NCBI RefSeq assembly: GCF_006345805.1
Contig: NW_021828470.1
Location: 1 to 8,207, forward strand
Source of the DNA: Octopus sinensis
Taxonomy: Eukaryota
DNA length: 8,207 nt
Direction: 5' to 3'
Position 1 is the stretch's first letter, and every line of letters begins with the position of its first letter. A model generated the notes under the pieces. It did not search any database. It saw nothing but the letters and a program-made list of their open reading frames with translations, and was not told where the DNA came from. Positions 1 to 6,781 of the stretch are shown here, piece after piece. A program made the translations under genes and the position numbers.

Positions 1-114
1 CAGGATAGAAGGAAAGAAGGAGGGTTTAACGTTTCGAGCGGAGCTCTTTGTCAGAAACATAGGAGAAGGAAAGATCCAGAGAAGGGAAGACAGAGGAAAA
101 AAATCGCCAACGGT
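1..114 (-). mobile_element. Probable Penelope-like element terminal (pLTR) fragment, running off the window edge
   Basis: Minus strand is pyrimidine-rich and carries a minimal hammerhead motif with the palindromic AACGTT stem III typical of Penelope-like element termini. No RT or GIY-YIG coding sequence is visible, so the family call is an inference from the ribozyme type. Confidence 0.55.
24..58 (-). ncRNA. Minimal type I hammerhead ribozyme motif, degenerate (G8>A)
   Basis: Minus strand reads GTTT-CTGACAA-A-GAGC-tcc-GCTC-GAAA-C-GTT-AAAC: stem I GTTT/AAAC, core CUGACAA (consensus CUGANGA), stem II GAGC/GCTC, GAAA, loopless stem III within palindrome AACGTT, cleavage triplet GUU. Confidence 0.65.
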
Positions 115-240
115 TATATATATATATATACACGCACATACATACATACATACATACATACATACATACATACATACATACATACATACATACATACATG
201 CACACATACACACGTACATACATATGCACGCTCACACACG
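115..240. repeat. Compound microsatellite (TA)n-(CATA)n-mixed CA/TA
   Basis: (TA)n 115-130, pure (CATA)n 137-198, then decayed CA/TA repeats to ~240. Confidence 0.95.
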
Positions 241-340
241 CAGAAGACGTTGACTATACGCCCGCACGCACACACACCAGGGTTATGCTAAGAGTTATTT
301 GTCCAAAACGCCGAAACCAGAAAACCAGTGGTCGACATAT

Positions 341-492
341 TTATGTAATTCTGGTTAAATATTGTTTAGTATCCAAGGTTCTCCTTTAGTCTTGTTTATA
401 TATTATTTGAATGTCCAAGAATCTCCTTTACTTCTGTTTATTTATTATTCTCAATGACCAAGGTTGTTTATTAGTTCGGTTTATATATTGCC
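341..492. repeat. Decayed ~42-43 bp minisatellite, about 3.5 units
   Basis: CCAAG recurs at 373, 415 and 458. Units: ccaaggttctcctttagtcttgtttatatattatttgaatgt / ccaagaatctcctttacttctgtttatttattattctcaatga / ccaaggttgtttattagttcggtttatatattg. Confidence 0.6.
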
Positions 493-1479
493 TTCCTCTT
501 AATCAATTTATATTTCATTAGAGGTGCAAGGTCTCCATTTATATTTTGGTGAAGTTTCAAGATTTCATCGAGATATCTAAACCTGTCAATTTACAAAACA
601 TACTTCGTTTTCTATTCTTAGCCGTGTTTTTTGTTGCTTTGGTAATTTTAGCTATAATTTTTCATCTATTTATCTATTTATCTATTTATTTTGTTATATT
701 TTGTCAATATTGACGTTATATTTTCTTTTCAATTAAAAGAAGAAAACTGGCAAATTTAAACCACAAATTAAGAAATGTAACACTTAATAAAGTAATTAAC
801 AGTCTCGGCAACTTCTAAAAACGATCGCAGCACATCACACGTCAAAATAACAACTTCATAAAACAATTAAACTCACTTATCAAGCATTTTTTCCAACCTC
901 GGTCAAAAACATACGTAGCACAAAGGAGACACAAGACGTTCGATACCTTATACTACTTTCGCTATAATATCGACTAAATTTATCGAAATGGAACGAGAAA
1001 AGCAATAGGCTAAATCGAAACTCTTTAAACTCCGGCAAAATTACAAACACACGTTAAACGAGCCAAATCGTTTTTATAGCATTTAAGCCGTTGAAATACT
1101 TGAATATTTTTTACCAATGTTTTCATCCTTGACGGTCTTGGGCTTTCCGGGCCCCGGCAGGTCCGGCAGAGAACTACATAGTAGGGTAATTTTCATACCT
1201 GTGTTTCAGCGTACTTGATAATTCTGGTCGAGCCTGTCTCCATCTCAGGATAACGATGTAATTAGTTCTCAAGGAGTTCATCAGCATTTGATGGCCTTTT
1301 TTGTTTTTGTCATTTAATCTTGTTGGTTGGGCGACCCCAGCAGAAGCCAGTTTAGTCGCGGACTACAAGACCTTAAGCCTTTAGTACTGAACTACATGGT
1401 TACATGAAACGCTAAAGATCTAAAGAAATTATTGCACTCGCAAACATTTAAAAATAACGCCTTACCAATTCTACAAAAT

Positions 1480-2135
1480 CCTCAGAAATTGAAAATTGAA
1501 CAATTTCTATATATAACCGCGAAATTCTACAAAATCTCATTTAGACACAAAACACTCCAAATTTTACCTTTAATAAACCTAAAACCACTCACGCTTGACA
1601 TCACTAGTCCAGGTATATTTCTCTGTATAAACCATACTACGGCTTCAGACGATCACCCTCGGCTACTTCACACTCACAAAAAAGGCATATATAACGGCAT
1701 CACACCAATGTTACTTCCACAGATTTAGAGAAATGCGTTAGATTCCATTTCCCACTGCTCGCTTACAATATATTAAGCCACTCTATGACACAACGCAAGA
1801 CACTGGTTTGCAAACAATCTTCTATGTCCACAACCCTGTGCATTACTACAATACATCTACACTCTACAATTTCCCGAATGACTCCGTTCTGTTGCTACTT
1901 ATTTTAACGTATATATAAGCAACCTTCCTATGCTCCACGCAAAACCGTAACTGAACTTCGTATGCAGATAACTTCACGCCGAAACCTTCCAAAATTCGCC
2001 CAGGCTCAGCAACTCTAATCACCAACAACCTTGGTTTCAAAACGACAGTCTTAAAGAAACACAAAACTTCTTGAAGATAAAATAAGAGATCATGAAATAC
2101 AAACAGCAACCAGTTCTTTTATTAGGTATTTTATA
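1480..2135 (+). mobile_element. Fossil non-LTR retrotransposon (APE-type LINE) reverse transcriptase domain, multiply frameshifted
   Basis: Manual translation gives RT motifs in the correct order across frameshifts: YGFRRSPS (1638), DLEK/ALDSISH (1722-1755, cf. DLEKAFDSI.H), PNDSVLLLL/FNVYISNLP (1874-1929, cf. PQGSVLSPLLFN.Y..DLP), YADN (1961-1972, cf. YADD), WFQNDSLKETQ (2032), LLGIL (2119-2133, cf. YLG). The 5' boundary is approximate. Confidence 0.75.
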
Positions 2136-2224
2136 TTAGCGTCGCAGGATATACCATTTACATCTTTTATCAATTATTTATCATATTTTATTTGCTATCT
2201 TAAATATGCACGTATGTATATAAG

Positions 2225-2372
2225 TATATAGATAGATAGATCGATAGACAGACAGATAGATAGATAGATAGACGGATAGATAAATAGACAGATCGATAGA
2301 TAAATAGATAGAAAGAAAGTAAGATAGATAGATATAAGTATAGTAAATATACATACATACATGCATACATAT

Positions 2373-2420
<48 letters not shown>

Positions 2421-2484
2421 TTACTATACTAATATCTATCTATCTTACTTTCTTTCTTTCTATGTATGTATGTATGTATCTATG

Positions 2485-2564
<80 letters not shown>

Positions 2565-2582
2565 GATCTATCTATATATATA
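2225..2582. repeat. Compound (GATA)n/(CATA)n/(TA)n/(TATC)n microsatellite arranged as an inverted duplication
   Basis: 2310-2354 is the reverse complement of 2413-2457 (44/45 matches, including non-periodic sequence). The outer ends share a GATCGATAG interruption (2239-2247 versus 2560-2568). Confidence 0.92.
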
Positions 2583-2744
2583 TAGTTTTTGTTGCATTAA
2601 TGCTAGTCTTCATCCTAAAAGTGGCCTATGAGCTTTGCCTGGGGTAATTTCGAGAAAAGGAGAAAAAATAAAGCAAAACAAACAAAATCATTCTTGAGTA
2701 ATATAAATGCATACCGCAGAGAAAAGACGAAAATATGTGAAATT

Positions 2745-3335
2745 ATATATCTTCAAAATTCACAGCATACGTAGAAAAATTATAACAAAAAGAATCAATA
2801 GTTTGAACAAGCATATTTAGAGCATTCAGAGGCATCGCATTTTGTTTAAGACAAAGAAACAACATTGACATACAAACAGTACATTGGATCTCTCAAGAAT
2901 TACAGGAATCTTGCCTGGAGGCCTCCCCTCACCCACCACCACCGATCTTTTCCCAACAAACCACAAATTACGAAAAAGAAAATACACTTGCAGTTCAGAT
3001 TATCACAGTTTGCATACAAATCACATCCACAAATCTATGCGGTTATATAAGAATACGTAAAACGAAAGATCAGCAGATATGCGGCGGTATGTTATAACGG
3101 AGTTCTTCTTCGACTTATTTTTGCCATTGCAAACATAATCATCTCTAAACAAACAGAAGTAATTACAATGCGTTCAGATGATTGGAACCAAAGTTTTTGT
3201 TACAAACATTCCTACACTGCGTCCATGCGAAAACTAACAGCAAAAATACACGCATACAAAATATAGCAGTTTCTAAATAACCAGATAATCCATATCCTCC
3301 AAAATAACCAAATAATCCCTACCCTCCAAAACACT
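2745..3335 (+). mobile_element. Continuation of the fossil LINE (post-RT region), I-group-like (Ingi/Vingi/Nimb-like)
   Basis: IFRAFRGIAFC (2813) / KETTLTYKQYIGSLKNYRNLAWRP (2853) / ENTLAVQIITVCIQITSTNL (2978) match the I-group pattern L.AL.G..WG..KETL..TYK..IRS.L.Y...AW.P...QN.ALRI.TGC...T...HL. Same strand and correct order after the RT motifs. Support is weak beyond ~3040. Confidence 0.6.
3275..3328. repeat. 27-bp tandem duplication (2 copies)
   Basis: aaataaccagataatccatatcctcca / aaataaccaaataatccctaccctcca, 24/27 identical. Confidence 0.85.
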
Positions 3336-3349
3336 GTTCTAGGGTCTTG

Positions 3350-3430
3350 TTTTCTATCACTGAACTGCGGTCATACTGGGGTATCGCCTTGAAGGGCTTT
3401 AGCTGAATAAATCAACACCAGCACTTATTA
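3350..3430 (-). mobile_element. Possible decayed 3' fragment of a SINE related to the 4700-5019 family
   Basis: aaatcaacaccagcacttatt resembles acatcgacccc...gtacttatt of the 4860-4894 copy. The rest of the call relies on my recollection of cephalopod SINE 3' ends. Confidence 0.4.
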
Positions 3431-3610
3431 TTATTATTATTATTATTGAGTGAGAGAGCAGTGCATGCCATCAAAGTGACACTGGGGTAAAATATACGAA
3501 GCCCAGTATACCCATCATGACAACCTGTCTGATAAGGGTACACCAGGTACATGCATCACAACCATATGTGCGCGACATGGTGATCTCATATCAAGATAAA
3601 CAGCACATGT
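3425..3610 (-). mobile_element. Interspersed repeat X, copy 1 (5'-truncated, (AAT)n 3' tail)
   Basis: 3448-3609 aligns along its full length with 4219-4381 (roughly 80% identity by eye). On the minus strand it ends ...ctgctctctcactc followed by (AAT)n at 3425-3447. Confidence 0.8.
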
Positions 3611-3611
3611 A

Positions 3612-3640
3612 TTCTTCTTCTTCTTCTTCTTCTTCTTCTT

Positions 3641-3670
<30 letters not shown>
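3612..3670. repeat. (TTC)n/(AAG)n microsatellite, ~20 units
   Basis: Pure TTC array, 59 nt. Confidence 0.98.
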
Positions 3671-3671
<1 letters not shown>

Positions 3672-4109
3672 TTATTATTATTATCATCATTATCATTCAG
3701 TAGTTTTATTTTTATAGCGTGCTTTCACTTCACTACCGAGTGCAGCTCTGTGTGCCTTGGGTATGTGCTGTGATTTGTTGTGATGCTCTGATGGTTATGG
3801 TAGGAAAGTGTACTGCGTAGGATGTGTGCAGTGCCAGTAGTGCAATTTTCTGTATGTTATATGTGTTTGTAAGTCCTGTGTTTTGTTATGTTTTTTATTT
3901 GTCTGAATATTTTTTATCATGCCTAATGCACCTACTATGATAGGAATTGTTTCTGTTTTTAGATTCCACATTCTAGTTACCTCTATTTCCAGGTCTTTGT
4001 ATTTTGAAAGTTTCTCCATTTCTTTTAGAGACACGTTGTCACCTGCTGGTAGTGATACATCAATCAGAAAGCATTTTTTTCCTTCATGATCTCTGGCAAC
4101 TATATCTGG
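3671..4109 (-). mobile_element. 3' end of an RLE-type (R4/HERO-like) non-LTR retrotransposon: PD-(D/E)xK endonuclease remnant, 3' UTR and (AAT)n tail
   Basis: PDIVARDHEGKKCFLIDVSLPAGDNVSLKEMEKLSKYKDLEIEVTRMWNLKTETIPIIVGALGMIK starts at 4109. After two frameshifts come QKIAL (3852) and GTAHILR (3835), restoring the family C-terminal motif QK.ALLGTA.ILR. Then ~100 nt of UTR and an AAT/GAT tail at 3671-3696. No zinc knuckle or RT upstream. Confidence 0.85.
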
Positions 4110-4169
4110 TCTTCTTCTTCTTCTTCTTCTTCTTCTTCTTCTTCTTCTTCTTCTTCTTCTTCTTCTTCT
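4110..4169. repeat. (TTC)n/(AAG)n microsatellite, 20 units
   Basis: Pure TCT array, 60 nt. Confidence 0.98.
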
Positions 4170-4560
4170 ATTTATTATTATTATTATTATTATCATTATT
4201 ATTATTACTATTATTATTGAGTGAGAGAGCAGTGGGGTACAAAGTGACACCGGGGTACAAATATTATACGAAACCCAATATACTAAACATAACTACCCGT
4301 GTGATAAGGGCATACCAGGCACATGCATCACAACCATATGTACGCAACATGGTGGTCTCATATCAAGGTAAACAACGCATGACGTTGCAGGTGGGGCCCA
4401 GTTAGAATTTTCTTCAGGTCGAATAGCCCATCCCACTCAAAAGGTCCTTGAATAAGGGTTGTTTGAGGATGATGAACTAAACACTCATGTTTCCAAAGGT
4501 GACTTATCCAAACCCCAAAGAATTCCTCTCAACACATGGCTATGAAGCTCACGCACATAT
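4170..4560 (-). mobile_element. Interspersed repeat X, copy 2 (longer, (AAT)n 3' tail)
   Basis: Body 4219-~4560 has the same terminus as copy 1, with the tail at 4170-4218. I recognise no coding motifs. Confidence 0.8.
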
Positions 4561-4666
4561 TATTATTATTATTATTATTATTATAATAATAATAATAATA
4601 ATAATTATTATTATTATCATTATTATTATTATTATTATCATTATAATTATCATCATCATCATCATT
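4559..4666. repeat. Compound (ATT)n-(AAT)n-(ATT/ATC)n microsatellite
   Basis: (ATT)8 4559-4582, inverted (AAT)7 4585-4605, then ATT/ATC units to ~4666. Confidence 0.95.
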
Positions 4667-4699
4667 AATTTGGTATTTCTTCTATCGATCACTATCGTT

Positions 4700-5019
4700 G
4701 ACCCCGAAATTTATCGACCCCGAAAGGATGAAAGCAAAGTCGACCTCGGCGGAATTTGAACTCAGAACGTAACGGCAGACGAAATACCTATTTCTTTACT
4801 ACCCACAAGGGGCTAAACACAGAGAGGACAAACAAGGACAGACAAACGGATTACGTCGATTACATCGACCCCACTGCATAACTGGTACTTATTTAATCGA
4901 CCCCGAAAGGATGAAAGGCAAAGTCGACCTCGGCAGAATTTGAACTCAGAACGTAGCGGCAGACGAAATACCGCTAAGCATTTCGCCCGGCGTGCTAACG
5001 ATTCTGCCAGCTCGCCGCC
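4700..5019 (-). mobile_element. tRNA-derived SINE with internally duplicated (dimeric) body
   Basis: Head GGCGGCGAGCTGGCAGAATCGTTAGC at 5019, A-box-like TGGCAGAATCG 5009-4999, B box GAGTTCAAATT 4947-4937. The module 4896-4972 is repeated at 4713-4788 (74/77 identical). The segment GGTCGACTTTGCCTTTCATCCTTTCGGGGTCGAT resembles the Deu/Nin SINE central domain as I recall it. Confidence 0.85.
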
Positions 5020-5142
5020 TTAATGAGAACGAATTAACGCTATGGCTTCATCGGATGGGAGAACTCATGCTTATTTGGGAAGACTTTAAGTGAAGTGTCA
5101 TCAACGCGCTACAAAAAGCGTACGACACATGACAGCAACTAT

Positions 5143-5270
5143 ACGCACAAGGCCTGAAATTTTGGGGAAGGAAGCTCACCAATTACATCGACCCGTACTC
5201 AGCTGGTATTTATTTTATCGACACCGAAGAATAAAAAAAAAACAATGTCGACTTCAGCGGTATTTGAACG
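5143..5270 (-). mobile_element. Decayed fragment of the same SINE family
   Basis: ttacatcgaccc, ttttatcgacaccgaa and tgtcgacttcagcggtatttgaac match the 4860-4946 segment. ggcctgaaattttggg is shared with the 6557-6659 copy. Confidence 0.7.
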
Positions 5271-5361
5271 CCATCGTTAAATAGTATGACCACCATTAGC
5301 AACGACATCAACAACTTTCTCCATCATAAGCATCGTTATATTCACCACTATTGCACGTGAA

Positions 5362-5680
5362 GGTGCATGGCTCAGTGGTTAGAGCGTCGAGCTTACAATC
5401 GTGAGGTTGTGAGTTCGAATCCCGGACTGGGCTGCATGTTGTGTTCTTGAGCACGTTGCTCCAGTTCACTCAGCTGTAGAAATGAATCGTGACGTCACAG
5501 GTGCCAAGCTGTATCGGCCCCTTTGCCTTTCCCTTGGATAACACTGGTGGCGTGGAGAGGGGGCAGCCAGTATGCATGGGCGACTGCTGGTCTTCCAAAA
5601 ACAACCTTGCCCGGATTTGTGCCTGGGAGGGTAACTTTCTAGGTGCAATCCCACGGTCAGCCATGACCGAAGGGGGTTTC
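5362..5680 (+). mobile_element. tRNA-derived SINE (second family), apparently near full length
   Basis: Consensus A box TGGCTCAGTGG 5368-5378 and B box GTTCGAATCC 5413-5422, D-arm GCTC/GAGC, but poor anticodon, T and acceptor stems. Followed by TGTGTTCTTGAGCA...CAGCTGTAGAAATG (CORE/V/Meta-like central motif, from memory) and a 3' stem-loop CGGTCA-gcca-TGACCG at 5654-5669. Confidence 0.85.
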
Positions 5681-5867
5681 AATTGCTGGCGTGTACAAAT
5701 GTTGTCTTTCTTTGCCACGTATATGCGTATTCATGCAAATGACCATCTTCAATTTTAAAAAATACAATCGAAACTTGGAAATCTTCTGTGCACTGATTGT
5801 ACAACTTACGCATGCGCACAAGCTTGCAGCTTAGCGGGAACGTTCTTCACCACCATTACCATACCGT

Positions 5868-6070
5868 CCATCAAAGAACACTACAACCGCCACTACCGTC
5901 CTAAAGAGCATTTACTGAACCATTAAAGAAACTATCACCAACATCTTCCTCCCCACCTCCTTTATCCACCACCACTGCAACCACCATTCTTACCACTATT
6001 GCTCTTATCCCTACTATCGCTTCTTTTAACCATCACCATCACCATCACCATCACTTCTACCATCGCCGTC
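5868..6070. repeat. Decayed ACC/CAT low-complexity tract with (ACCATC)n
   Basis: Plus strand is G-poor with many accacc/accat units and about four ACCATC copies at ~6029-6052. Confidence 0.7.
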
Positions 6071-6167
6071 TCCAGATACATGAACTATAAACTGATTGGT
6101 GCGTCTGTGTCTGTATTATTAAAAATGATCGATTTCCTCTAATCATTATCAATCGACAATCGATATG

Positions 6168-6184
6168 TATATATATATATAATC

Positions 6185-6209
<25 letters not shown>
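6168..6209. repeat. (TA)n microsatellite, interrupted
   Basis: Directly visible. Confidence 0.95.
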
Positions 6210-6215
<6 letters not shown>

Positions 6216-6436
6216 AATGTTGTTTTATTCCACTCTATTTTATTCAATTCGATTTTATATTATATTTTCTGCAGAAATGAGAGAGAGAGAATTTATCTGC
6301 CAACGGTTCTGGCGAGTCAATAGCATTCAGAAGTGCGCTATCTTAATTAACCTTTGCATAAAGTCAACCAACGTTTATGTGATATGGCTACTGGTGTCAA
6401 ATCATAGATATTAAACCACATTGACTATAGTTTTCC

Positions 6437-6556
<120 letters not shown>

Positions 6557-6659
6557 CCATTCTCTTATAGGCCTGAAATTTTGGGAGAGGAGTTTAGTCG
6601 ATTACATCGACGCTGGTGACTATCTGGTGCGTATTTTATTGACCCCGAAAGGATGAAAG
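6557..6659 (-). mobile_element. 3' fragment of the 4700-5019 SINE family
   Basis: ggcctgaaattttggg, gtcgattacatcgac and gaccccgaaaggatgaaag match the other copies. Confidence 0.75.
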
Positions 6660-6680
6660 ATCCTGCGAGCTTGTTGTCTT

Positions 6681-6691
6681 AATAATAATAA

Positions 6692-6765
<74 letters not shown>

Positions 6766-6780
6766 ATAATAATAATAATT
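6681..6780. repeat. Compound (TAA)n-(CTA)n-(TAA)n microsatellite
   Basis: Pure CTA run ~6693-6765 flanked by TAA units. Confidence 0.95.
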
Positions 6781-6781
6781 A

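Noticed and set aside
26-389. ORFs 26-235 (-) and 198-389 (+)
   Set aside because: The first is a translation of (CATA)n (MYVC repeats). The second has no recognisable domain and starts in a microsatellite.
1190-1290. Minus-strand CTGATGA...GAAAC-acag-GTA hammerhead-like string
   Set aside because: Stem I (aaatg/tgaaa) does not pair and stem II does not close. Treated as a chance match.
1432-2109. ORFs 1432-1728 (+) and 1864-2109 (-) as genes
   Set aside because: They are a frameshifted piece and the antisense shadow of the RT fossil.
2181-2647. Four YLSI/MYVC-repeat ORFs
   Set aside because: Microsatellite translations. Their only value is that the shared MYIYYT.IYLSYFLS on opposite strands reveals the inversion.
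3517-4759. Poly-Ser, poly-Arg, poly-Phe/Leu and poly-Ile ORFs
   Set aside because: Homopolymers come from TTC/ATT arrays. Only the part of ORF 3795-4250 from PDIV onward is real (pseudo)coding sequence, and its N-terminus is a chimera of repeat X and microsatellites.
4713-4972. Direct repeats as a CRISPR array or LTR pair
   Set aside because: Only two 77-bp units inside a tRNA-headed SINE, in a eukaryotic context, with no cas genes, PBS or TG...CA ends.
5362-5435. tRNA-Val(TAC) gene
   Set aside because: Only the D arm pairs well. The anticodon, T and acceptor stems are broken and the sequence continues into a SINE body.
5466-5758. Three overlapping ORFs
   Set aside because: They lie within the GC-richer SINE body, where stop codons are scarce, and show no protein motifs.
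5868-6070. His/Thr/Pro-rich coding exon
   Set aside because: Decayed ACC/CAT simple repeat with stops and no splice-site support.
6261-6414. Plus-strand splice acceptor TATATTTTCTGCAG (AG at 6273-6274) and ORF 6217-6414
   Set aside because: No convincing donor or recognisable peptide downstream, and such acceptors are common in AT-rich DNA.
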